Of a stretch of 64,000 nucleotides of DNA, positions 1 through 10,623 are shown in pieces; the stretch's first letter is position 1, and each line of letters begins with the position of its first letter. Location: NCBI GenBank assembly GCA_026025075.1, contig JAPEUI010000085.1, positions 1-64,000 of the forward strand, read 5' to 3'. A program made the translations under genes and the position numbers. Under the pieces are notes generated by a model. The model searched no databases and was not told where the DNA came from. It saw only the letters and a program-made list of their open reading frames with translations. The stretch is from Vezdaea acicularis (Eukaryota).

Positions 1-164
1 GCGGTAGCGGACTTTATCAAGACTTGAACGAACAACCGCGTTCACGAAAAAAAATCTTCGACGTGCACGTGATATGCCATGAGGAACTGTCCAGATGTGC
101 ATTGGAGCGGCCTTTTGATATATACAACGAACATGGCTAATATGCATCCCCCTCCTTCCCGTTT

Positions 165-972
165 CTAATTCCGCCCCTGGAACTCGTCAGTTATGAAGGC
201 AAGAGGGGCGATCTGGCAGGAAGCTTGCACTCACCTCCAGGAACCCAGTCATGAAGTTCTGCGGCAGCCGCGCCCTTGGCTCCTGCTCCGCTCGGAAGTA
301 CTTCATGATATGCGACAGCTGTTTCCAATAATTCAGCGTTTCCTAGCGTGTCCACAATCAGATCAGCCACGCTTCCCTTTTCCACAAATGCCCTTCCATT
401 TACGCATAACGCCTGTCTCTCGCCGAGTTCCCCCCCTCCCTCCATATAGCACGTGCATGCAATAAGATATTAAAGCGTACCTGGAACTCCATATGTGATT
501 TCGTGAGCAGCATATCGATGGCCGGCTGCTGGCTCACGAAGCGGTGCCGTTCGAATTCTTGGCGGATCTTGTTCCGGATCGCGGAGACGGGCATCCCGAG
601 GGAGTACATGGTCTGGATCTCGGGGGCCTGCGCGGGTCGTTGTGTGGTTAGTAGAGTCTTTCTATCCGTTGCGTTGCGGGTGCCGGATTCGGTTGGGTGG
701 GGAGGCGTGGCTTACGGCGCGGATCCAGGCGCGGTAGGAACTTATCACCCGTCTTTGCGCATCTTGCCAGTTCACCGCTAGGGCTGGTTAGTTGGTGCTT
801 TCTTCAATTGGGGAGAGGGCGCGGGTTTTGGAGGGGGGGACAGGTTGATGTCGTGGAGCTCGGAGAAGAGAACGTCTCGAACTCAGGAATGTGATGGCAT
901 TCCTGCCTACCGCCATGGGAGAAGCTTACAGGTGCGTGTCTTCTGGGCGAGGTAGGTGGGGTTGATGACCAT
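165..972 (-). CDS. NDUFA6: NADH:ubiquinone oxidoreductase B14 subunit (NDUFA6, LYR family), 5 exons
   Basis: Hand-spliced: MVINPTYLAQKTRT|SVNWQDAQRRVISSYRAWIRA|APEIQTMYSLGMPVSAIRNKIRQEFERHR...EFQ|ETLNYWKQLSHIMKYFRAEQEPRARLPQNFMTGFLE|GRN*; GT-AG introns; typical B14 C-terminus FLEGRN. Confidence 0.92.
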
Positions 973-1241
973 CTTGCCGGTGATCTCCTTCACGGTTCGC
1001 TGTGAGGAATTGAGGTGGACGTCGCCGTTCGGTGGATGTAGTAGAACGTCGTCGTCGTTCCGCGCTAAGACCGTTCGGCTAACTTAAAGGTGTGAGGCTC
1101 CCATCGATTTGGTCCTAGCGAACCTTCTCGCCACAAGGTCCAATATATAATCGACGGACATTCCAGGCTCCTTCCATACTTCATGCCCAAACCGCCTGCA
1201 TCGAGAAGTGCAGAGGAGTGAAGTTTCAGAGCACGTTCACT

Positions 1242-1796
1242 ATGCCGCCGATACGCACATCCCGTACGCGCAAGCCGCCCCCAGATGGCTTCGAGGACAT
1301 CGAAGACACCCTCCTCGAGTACGAGAACAAGATGAAAGACGCGCAGAACGCGCCGCACGAGGGCAAGAAGAAGCAAGAGACGCTGTGGCCGATCTTCCAA
1401 ATCTCGCACCAACGCACGTCAACCCTTTCCATTCACTCTTTCCCCCCCGATTCTTGCAAAAAAAAGCACTCCCAAAATTCATACATAGACGTATACAGGC
1501 ACTGACCTTTCCCCGCTGCAGGCTCCCGATACATCTACGAGCTCTACTACGACAAATCCGCCATATCCAAGCCCCTCTACGACTGGCTCCTTAAGAATAA
1601 CTACGCCGACGCCAGCTTGATCGCCAAGTGGAAAAAGCAGGGCTACGAGCAGCTCTGCTGTTTGCGCTGCATCCAGACCAAGGAGACGAACTTTAGCGCC
1701 ACCTGCATCTGTCGCGTGCCCAAGGCGCAGTTGAATGAGGACAGGACGATCGAGTGTGTGAGTTGTGGCTGTAGGGGGTGTGCGTCGAGTGATTAG
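1242..1796 (+). CDS. BUD31: Pre-mRNA splicing factor BUD31/Cwc14 (G10 family), 2 exons
   Basis: [24 protein letters not shown]...[19 protein letters not shown]...[21 protein letters not shown]...CICRVPK...[13 protein letters not shown]; intron 1414-1521. Confidence 0.95.
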
Positions 1797-2019
1797 GTGG
1801 GGTGGGGAGGTGCATGGGCAGGCGTTCTTTGGCTCGGCGATGGGGGCTTGGGGTTTGAGGGAGTGGGCTTGCAATTCTGCGTTTTTTCAAGAGGCTCTGG
1901 GCTTAGCTCTGCATTTTCTGTTAGAGGGAACTTCTCTGAATACCTCTCGCTAGGAGTACGTTAATAGTCACACGCTCGGAATATGGACATTACTCTCGAG
2001 TGCACTTGCGTGTCTGGAA

Positions 2020-3072
2020 CTATGAATTTTCTATAACCCTCCTCTCAAACGGCATGTTCTTCTTCTCCTTCGACGCTATTTTCTTCCTCTTCCTTTCTAT
2101 AACCTTATCCAGTTTCTTCCCCTTCAGCCCTTGATACCGCTCGAGCAGAACCCTCTTCTTCTGCTCCGTCTTCTTGAGATAGAACGGTTTCTTCCCCTGT
2201 CTCACCGCCTCCTTCTCCTCTTTCCTATGCTTACGCAACACTTCCTCCCTAGCCTCCTTAGCTTCTCGCGCCTTACGCTTCGACTCCATCGAAAGCAATT
2301 CCCGCTTCAGCTTATCCTTCGCTTCCGCGTCCTTGGTCATCTTGATGGAACGCTTCAGCTCCTCGGCTTCGTCTTGGCGGTATTTGGAGAGAAAGGCATA
2401 GTTCTGCGATACCTTCCGCTCGTCGAGCACCCCACTCAGTGCCTCGAAGCGTGGGTCGCGGATCTCGCGCTTTGGCGCGGCAACGATGCTGCGTTTGCGT
2501 GTGACGGGCTTCTTGGATGTCTGCTCTGCTGGAGCATGCTTTGAGCTCCGGTGATGCTCGATGTGTTTTTTCTTCGACGCATGGTCTTTCGGCAACTTGT
2601 CTGTATTAATGCTGCGATGCTCCTTCATCTGCTGTAGTCGCCGCCTGATACCTTCTAATCCCTCCTGTGTGCGCGACTGCGCCTCATTGGACCCACGCTT
2701 ACGCTTTCCGAGGGTCTCTTGAGCCTTTACTAGGGCGCCGAAGGAAATGTGCTTTAGATCTTCGAGCTCTTCATCGGAAGCCTCGTCCTGCAAACGATCT
2801 TAGTATCGCTTTTGTAGAAAAATGGGTCATGAAATGTCCACTCAGACGAAGACATGTTTGCTTACCGATAGATCGCTATCTGACGGTGACCCAGCCTTGC
2901 TGTCGCTCTGGGACCCTACGCCCGCCTCCGTCTGATCTAACCCATTGCCGCCTTCCTCTATCTCATCGCCGTCATCGGAGCTTCCATCCAGCTGATCGTC
3001 CTCTTGAAGTTCCGATTCGCTATCATCTTGCCTCGGGCGTACACGCCGCTGAAATGTAGACGCTGCAGACAT
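2020..3072 (-). CDS. RRP36: rRNA biogenesis protein RRP36
   Basis: Acidic N-terminal exon (2866-3072) plus ORF 2020-2787 with ISFGALVKAQ, RSSKHAPAEQTSKKPVTRKR, RDPRF, YAFL..YR..E, GKKPFYLKK motifs. Confidence 0.9.
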
Positions 3073-3218
3073 AGTCGTTCACGTATAGCTCGCGAGCCTC
3101 AAAACCTATTTCTGGGCCGATTACGCAGTCCGGCCCTCCTTGCAGGGCAGTAGCGCTGACCGCCTCGCTTAGACCCTGATCCTCCGGCAGTATTTTATCA
3201 CCAACCCACCCCCAAGGA

Positions 3219-3225
3219 TGACTCA
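3219..3225. promoter_or_regulatory. Gcn4/CpcA-type site TGACTCA upstream of aspartate kinase
   Basis: Exact TGACTCA ending 22 nt before the ATG of an amino-acid biosynthesis gene. Confidence 0.5.
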
Positions 3226-3246
3226 ATCACCACATTCTCAGTCGCA

Positions 3247-4988
3247 ATGGATTCGGTGACCCCAGCGGAGGTTTTTGGTAGTGTTGAGAAGGCAGGCGAT
3301 GCGCCTTGGGTGGTGCAGAAGTTTGGAGGAACTAGTATAGGCAAGTTCGCCATCAATATTGTGGAGGATATTTTAAAGTGGGGTGTCCCTTGGAGAGAAA
3401 AAAATGTGGAATGTATGCTGACGCGGGGTTGTCTCTTTTAAAGACCAAGTTTGGAAAACCACAAGGTCGCTGTAGTTTGCTCTGCTCGATCGAGCCACAC
3501 GAAGGAAGAAGGTACCACCAACAGGTATGTATTGGCATATATCATCCTCGCCAGGGGATCTGGACTAATGGGGCGCCTGCTGTGAGGACATAGGCTTCTG
3601 AGAGCAGCGCAACAGGCCGCAAGCAAAATTTACAGAGGCTCGTTCAAAAGCCTAGTTACAACCATACTCGACGATCATATACAGGCAGCTACACAAAACA
3701 TTCGCTCAACAACGATCCTTGAAAAATATGTTAATACTGCGACTGAAGAGTGTGCGGACCTCTCAAAGTTCTTAGAGGCCATTCAAACGCTGGGGGAAAT
3801 AAGCGTGACTTCTGAGGACTACGTAATCAGCAAAGGAGAGGTTCTCAGCAGCCTCTTCATAGCTGCGCTTTTAGAGGACCATGGGATTGAGTCGCAATTC
3901 GTCAACCTATCCGAAGTCGTTCCCGCAACGGTCACGGAAACCGATCAGGCAAGCTACGATGCAATCGCGAAAGCGATGGCAGAAAGAGTACTGGCTTGTG
4001 AGGACCGTGTACCGGTCATCACAGGATATTTCGGCTCAGTCCACGGTGGACTCCTAGATACCATAGACCGGGGTTACACTGACTTGTGCGCAGCTCTAGT
4101 TGCAGTGGGCTTGAATGCCACTGAGCTCCAAGTATGGAAAGAGGTGGACGGTATTTACACTGCAGACCCTAGGAAGGTGCCTACAGCACAACTCATTGCC
4201 ATGATAACACCCGCGGAAGCCTCAGAGTTGACATACTTTGGCTCAGAGGTCATTCATCCGTTCACGATGGAGCAGTGCGTTCGGAAACAGATCCCGATAA
4301 GGGTGAAGAACGTTATGAAGCCGCGGGGAAACGGCACGGTGATATTCGGTGGGCGCGACCCCTATGCTGCAGGCCGGCCGTACCACAAACGGAACTCTAG
4401 TGCATACTCGGTCATTCAGAGACAACAACGACCTACTGCTGTGACCGTGAAAGGCAGAATGACGGTTCTCAACATATACTCGAACAAGAAGGCACTCTCT
4501 CACGGCTTCCTTGCCAAGATTTTCGCTACCCTAGACAAATGGCGGCTCTCGGTTGACTTGATATCGACTAGTGAGGTCAACGTCTCCATGGCGCTGCATT
4601 CGAAGTCTGCAAGTCGCAGTGGCGGTGGTGAGAGCGAAGCAGCGCTATACGACAACGATTTAGACGGCGCCGTCAAAGATCTGGAGGAATTGGGCGAGGT
4701 TGATCGGAAGGGAGGCATGGCAATCATATGTCTCGTGGGAAGAGAAATGAGGAACATGATTGGCATCGCAGGAAAGATGTTCTCCACGTTGGGAGACCAT
4801 GACGTAAATATTGAGATGATCTCGCAAGGTACATGCTCAAGTCACCCCGACGAGTGTTCTCACTCATCTAATGACATGTATCTGTTTTAGGCGCAAGCGA
4901 GATCAACATCTCCTGCGTGATCGACGAATGGGATGCGGACCGAGCTCTCAGCATTCTGCACACTAACCTTTTCACTTTTCTGGAATAA
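3247..4988 (+). CDS. HOM3: Aspartate kinase (Hom3-like), 4 exons
   Basis: VVQKFGGTS, VAVVCSARS, RGYTDL, WKEVDGIYTADPRKVP, ELTYFGSEVIHP, ACT-domain ISTSEVNVS and EMISQG|ASEINISCVI...HTNLFTFLE*. Confidence 0.95.
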
Positions 4989-5602
4989 TCGGACACGAGC
5001 ACGGGGCGCTCGCCATTTTCCAAATATTCAACACGGACTCATCACACGGCGTACGGAGGGCATATCGGTACCAAGTACCACCGGAGTTAGCCGAGGGGCA
5101 GAGGCATCAAGGTCGTTTGAGTGGGGAGGATGTATTTTTCGTAGCTCCGTAGCTAGACCAGACAAAGTCACTCAGAGGAAGGGTACAAGTCCGGCACGCG
5201 TGCAGGACTAGGGCGACCTCTGTCTCAAACCGTAAAAGCACCGACACCGCACCGTGAAACAGCATTGGAGGGGCAGTGGCAGTGGCGCGAAGTTCTATGT
5301 CAATCCCATTCGAGCACGGAGCGTGAGATTGAGAAACCTTAACGGCTTGGGAGGGACAGAGTTGGTTCCAAGCGTCAGACCTGGCCCCCCTTGTAGCAAG
5401 GTCGGGGTGGCTTGACGCAAGGCAGCTGAGGGGTAGCTTCAGAGGGCCTGGCTTTCCCGCATCCCACGACGGATGATTGCATCCTGCTGTATCAAAGGTG
5501 GGGGCCCCCAGCCAGCGACGGCGGTTTGTTAATTGCGCAAGTCGGAGCGAACGGAGGGGTCCAATTCGTGGTGGTGCTGGGATCGAGAGAGATCGACGAT
5601 AT

Positions 5603-5941
5603 CCGCGTCAAGTGGTGGAAAGACGCGAGACGAGACGCGGTCCTTGCGTCACGCGTCGAGTGCAGCTGCTTTTGTTTGTTGACATCTCGCTACGCAGCGT
5701 CTGAGGGGATGCACGCGTGTTTGCTTCAACACCGCCGCCCACCGCAACTCACCATGAGTTCATCGCGTTTTCTTCTCCTTCTTGCGGCTCATCCTGTTGT
5801 AAAACGCAGAGACGCCTCTCTATCGCTCACGCATTCCGCTGCATCACCGTCGAGAGCAAGTCTGTGTCCACCAGGTCGAGGCTAACGCGAAAGCGACACG
5901 ATCCAATTTCCGCCCCGGCAAAGGGCAAGTCGGAAACGCGC
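5603..5941. promoter_or_regulatory. Cluster of MCB/SCB-like (ACGCG-core) elements upstream of forkhead gene
   Basis: ACGCGT at 5651-5656 and 5713-5718, ACGCGA 5623, ACGCGG 5635, ACGCGAAA 5885-5892, ACGCGC ~5936. Confidence 0.55.
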
Positions 5942-6956
5942 AAGGGATTCGGAAACGAGGCCAGGGGGAGCCCGCACCCCCCTCGCTCGACTCAACCTCA
6001 CTCGCACGACCGGCCCGCGCTTTGCTCTTCCTGGGCAGCCGCTGCGCAAATCAACTCCGGCCAGCGCATTCTTGAGACGACTGGAGACGACTGGAGACGA
6101 TTGGCTTTTCGAGGGCGAATCATCGCGCTCCAATCGACGACGCTGCTGGCACGCCATCCCTGCCCTTGGTCCACGGTCGAGTGCCCGGCGCTTTCCCTGC
6201 TCGCCTGCCCGCGCCCTCGCTGCTCCATCCCACGCACCTTCCTGCCCAGCACTGGCCCTCGTCGCACGTCACGGGTCTGTCGGTGCTTCCTGCTCTGGCG
6301 GGCACATTCGTCCCCATCCTGTGTGCGGAAGCCTCTGCCTCTGCGTCGTTCCCCGCTCGCATCCACCAAAGTGAACTTGAACCTGCACTTCCCCCCCCCC
6401 TCGACTCCCCTCCCTCTTACACCTCCATATTGCTTTCTATTCATCACCATTTGAACATTCATAGGCCTAGACGATATTATCAGAGCCCTTCCTCTGCTCG
6501 TGCTCACCGGCCCCGACGTGTTATCTCTTCTTCGACCGAGCCGCCGCCTGTTCTAAGCGCGCTTCCAAACCCTGGTCGCGCTTCGACTTCGCCGATCTAC
6601 TGGGAATACCGCTTCGGGTTTGACCTGCTCATCCACCCGTGCCCGCCGTGTAAAAGTCTTCCTGGGAAGATCCAGTCTAGTTTTCCCCCATCAATTCGGG
6701 TTCACGATATCGTGGACTGGGACGACGTGCTTCGATCCGGTGCAGCAAACCATCTAACCACGATCAAGCCTCTACAGCCACCATCTTGCCGTTAGCGATG
6801 TCTCATGCTTGATCACCAATTTTTACTTCAGCCTCGTTCCTCATCGTCTTCAGACTGGGGTGCCGAGCCTTTTAATTGAGCATCTCTATTCACTTTCACG
6901 CGTTGAGGTGGGGCTATTCTTCTCTATTAGAGATCAAAGACGCTTCCGACGTCGTC

Positions 6957-9248
6957 ATGTCTTCGACGCGTCACGCACCATCGGTGCAGATTTATCAAGA
7001 TCCTGCTACAGCCTACGAACAACCCTCCAAGCCTCGACATCATCGGTCTATATCCTCCGCATCAGCTCTTCAAAATTTCCAGGACAGAACGTCAAAGAAT
7101 GACTTCGTCTTCAACCCCCCAACTACCGGCCCAAGCCGTCCTTCGCCAAAGAAATTTGATCGTCAGTCATCTTCCCCTCCGAAAGCTGTGTTCAGCAGCA
7201 AATTCAACATAATCTCAATACCAACTCCAACAGATCAAACATTCACAACCGACTCGCCCGCAAAACGCCCTACCTGCTCAACGTTCAATACCCGTACTCA
7301 TCGGCCACAAAAGGCTCTCTTCACCACATTCTCGAGCTCACGACCAGTAGACAAAGAAAACCATAACCCAGCGGTGAACTGGAATGATCGTCCATCTACC
7401 GCCCCAGACTCGACATACGGACAAAAGGCACCACTAAAGCGTGCTCTACTTGAGCTGGCTCCAACTAAAGATCGCCCGGTGAAGAAGGCGAAAATGGAAG
7501 AACCTGCAGTGGTAGAGATTCCCAATCCGGAAGATATGCCTATGGTTGAGGACGATGGATCGAAACCCCCATATAGCTATGCTTTGCTCATTGGCATGTC
7601 CATCCTACGTGCCCCCAATCGACGTCTCACACTGGCTCAGATATACAAGTGGATATCGGACTCCTTCTCGTACTACCGCAGCACCGAGGCCGGCTGGCAG
7701 AATAGCATCCGTCACAACCTCAGTCTCAACAAGTCTTTCATCAAACAGGAGAGACCAAAAGATGACCCTGGCAAGGGCAATTACTGGGCCATCGCTCCGG
7801 GGTCTGAGAGTACATTCCTCAAGGATAAGCCTATTCGAAAGGGTAATACGAACGACCCGAACGCTCTTCCACCTCATTCGAAGAAAGAATCTGCTCCTAG
7901 ACACATGATTGGGGAGAGCGTTGCAAACATCCACGTTGCCCCCAAGCGAACAGTGACTTTCGACGACAAAAAATTCTCTGCCGGAGTTGAACCTTCCTCA
8001 GATGCTACTATTCCCGCATCAGATCTTGCTCTACAGGATGACGAGACCGACGACAACTATGCAGTCAGACCGCCATCTCGCGAGGTCCACTCATCCCCTC
8101 CGCCAATGCTTAAGTCTTCCCCTCCACTCGCACATCATTCTCATATCAGCGATGGCACGCCCCCACCAGCCCCCCAACTCCTTCCCTCCTCAAACAATGG
8201 TCGCTCTCGAAAGCGGAAGATAGGTTCAATGAACGACAGTGGCTATTTCTCCTCTCTCGACTCATCCGCCCTTCGACCACACAACATCCAGCAAATCCTA
8301 ACATCGGAAGGAGACCTAGACCGCCCGAGGATCAAACGAGGTCGTGCAGAAGAAGAGATTGCTCGTATTCGTCAATCATCCCACGAGTCTCCCAGCAAGT
8401 CCCGGCCAATCCTTCGACAACCCCCCGCACCTTTCCAGTCATCCTCTCCGCTCCGCAACTTCGACAGCTCACTTATGCTGCCGCCCCTCACCCCCGCCCA
8501 GATGTTCAAGATGCCTCCTCGCCCGCCTCCCTCCGTGTCCCCCACAACTAACCTCCGCAACCACCGCAATAAGGTGCGTGACCTGGTCGGCTCGCCCGTC
8601 AAAGGCCTCGGCGGCACACTCACTGAAGATATCCCTTGGAGCCCCGCCTTTAATCTCCCGGACGACGAGCTAGCTCAAGAATTGGCTGCCTTCAACAGCA
8701 CGACCGACCTCTTCACGGCTTCAAACTTCAATGGCCCTAATGACATGTTCAGCATCTTTGTCGACAACCTCGGTGATGACATCCTCACTGGTCGCGCCTC
8801 TTTTCCCTCCCCCACCAAGCACAGCTCATCGGATACCAAGCGCCCCAGCCTTGCCCGCGCGAGTACCACGGGTCACATTCTTGCCGACATCACCGGCCTG
8901 AGCAGCACCAATAAGACGAACCTGAACATCGGCCCCCACCTCAGCCGGCCCTGTTCGCCAATCAAAATGCCTTTTTTGCGCTCTCCTGCCTTTTCGGAAA
9001 GTCCAAATAAGAGCCCCAGGTTGCATGCCGAAGCGTTCGCACTGCCGCAGGAGGATGTGTTTGGCGCGGTGCTATTCAACGAGGACGTAGACGACGACTT
9101 TGCGGGCGTGGATATCTTGCAGGGTTTCCAGAAGATTGGGCAGAGCAAGCCCGCTCCTGGTGGGGCGGCGGCTGCTCGGGGAAGCCCGAGAAATGGTGTT
9201 GCAGGTGCGAGGCAGGGACTTGGGAGGAGTATGACGTCGAGGTTCTAG
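6957..9248 (+). CDS. Forkhead transcription factor, Hcm1/Sep1-like
   Basis: Forkhead domain KPPYSYALLIGMSILRAPNRRLTLAQIYKWISDSF..WQNSIRHNLSLNKSFIKQERPKDDPGKGNYW; no FHA domain; KEN box (DKENH) and many S/T-P sites; first ATG 6957 in ORF 6876-9248. Confidence 0.9.
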   Translation: MSSTRHAPSVQIYQDPATAYEQPSKPRHHRSISSASALQNFQDRTSKNDFVFNPPTTGPSRPSPKKFDRQSSSPPKAVFSSKFNIISIPTPTDQTFTTDSPAKRPTCSTFNTRTHRPQKALFTTFSSSRPVDKENHNPAVNWNDRPSTAPDSTYGQKAPLKRALLELAPTKDRPVKKAKMEEPAVVEIPNPEDMPMVEDDGSKPPYSYALLIGMSILRAPNRRLTLAQIYKWISDSFSYYRSTEAGWQNSIRHNLSLNKSFIKQERPKDDPGKGNYWAIAPGSESTFLKDKPIRKGNTNDPNALPPHSKKESAPRHMIGESVANIHVAPKRTVTFDDKKFSAGVEPSSDATIPASDLALQDDETDDNYAVRPPSREVHSSPPPMLKSSPPLAHHSHISDGTPPPAPQLLPSSNNGRSRKRKIGSMNDSGYFSSLDSSALRPHNIQQILTSEGDLDRPRIKRGRAEEEIARIRQSSHESPSKSRPILRQPPAPFQSSSPLRNFDSSLMLPPLTPAQMFKMPPRPPPSVSPTTNLRNHRNKVRDLVGSPVKGLGGTLTEDIPWSPAFNLPDDELAQELAAFNSTTDLFTASNFNGPNDMFSIFVDNLGDDILTGRASFPSPTKHSSSDTKRPSLARASTTGHILADITGLSSTNKTNLNIGPHLSRPCSPIKMPFLRSPAFSESPNKSPRLHAEAFALPQEDVFGAVLFNEDVDDDFAGVDILQGFQKIGQSKPAPGGAAAARGSPRNGVAGARQGLGRSMTSRF

Positions 9249-10623
9249 GGCACGACGGAAAATTTACGAAAGAATTGATTGGGTAGTTGTAGGATAGGGG
9301 GTGGACAATTCCAAGGTGCTCTCATTTGCAGAGCCTCCTTTTGGTCTTGGCAGGCTGATCAATCTTGATCGCCTTCTCGTCCGTAACGCGTATGCGTAGG
9401 ACATGGCTCCTCTGAAGAGTGAGTAACTTTGCTAGTATGGCATGACGCTACTGGCCTTTTTTCTTCTATTCCATTCCATCACATCCTATGTCTGTTGGAT
9501 CTGGATCTGGACATGGATATGGATCTCAAATGGGAACGCCGAGATGCTTTAATGAATTTAATGACCATGGTCAGTATTCTTTGGGAGTGGGGGACCATTG
9601 ACTCCTGGTGCATCTGGGCGGCGGGGGCAGACGCGTCTGGCGTGTCCATTTTTCTCATCTTGCTCTTTTCTTGCTCTCTGCATTGGGTTTGTGCTGTCAT
9701 GCGGCGTTTTTTTGTATTTACATTCGGCCGTTATCAAAGAGGGTTTTTTTTTCTTCCCATGGCTTCGCAGTGACTGTTCTGTGGATATGCTTGTGGGTGG
9801 CTACGCCGTTCCTTCTCTCCCCCATATATATACGCCACCTCCTTTGCCCCCTCATCTACCTTATAACTTTACCCCTCTCCCGCGTTCCCGTGTCCTCGTA
9901 GAGTAAAAACTCCGGCTTGTCCCTATATCGAATGTGATCGAGGACACAACCCCGGAGTAGTGTAGTACCACCCACTCCCCCCCACTCCTCCTCCCCCTTT
10001 TTAGGTGAGATGGGAGGATGTGCTGGGTAGCGCAGGCGTTCGTCTCACTCCTTCCACTTATCTTTTGCTTTCGCATGCGCGGGCTTGAGAGGGTTGGGGA
10101 GGGAGAGGGCTTTTGCGGACAAATAGTTCGGGATGATGGAATAGTTGGGGGAGGGGAGGGTTGAGAGGCAGGAGGGATGATGAGAGTATTTCCACGTTCT
10201 GAAGTGGGGTTGGGGGGGGAATGGGGGGAGTCGTGTCTGAGGAGTCCAGTTAGTGAGGTGGGGCCGGAAGGGTAGACCTGGTGGGAGGGGAGATATGACA
10301 TTTACTTTTAGGGAATTTAAAAGGCATGGCCGCACGTGTGAAAAGACGAGAAGGATTAGCGGGGCATGATGAGGAGAACGAGGAAGCTTGACGCTCTTGA
10401 GACCCCGAGATCTGTCTAGGCTGTGAACTCTATTCCTATATTGAAAGAAGCTTCGACTATGAAGACTGACGAGCCATCTATCTAATGAGTTTGTATGATG
10501 CAGCATAAAGGTAGCAACCATGACGACATTCAGTCCGTTTCCCATTTCATCCATTGATCGTTACCAGACATCGTTGACAAGTCATGAAAGCATCCTATAC
10601 CACATACAGGGCGCTAGGGTCGT

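Noticed and set aside
6074..6103. 10-bp microrepeat GAGACGACTG x3
   Set aside because: Real but short; ordinary slippage with no further support for function
5477..6795. Several overlapping 75-245 aa ORFs upstream of the forkhead gene
   Set aside because: Low-complexity P/R/S-rich translations on both strands, mostly non-ATG starts, no motifs; expected in GC-rich promoter/leader DNA
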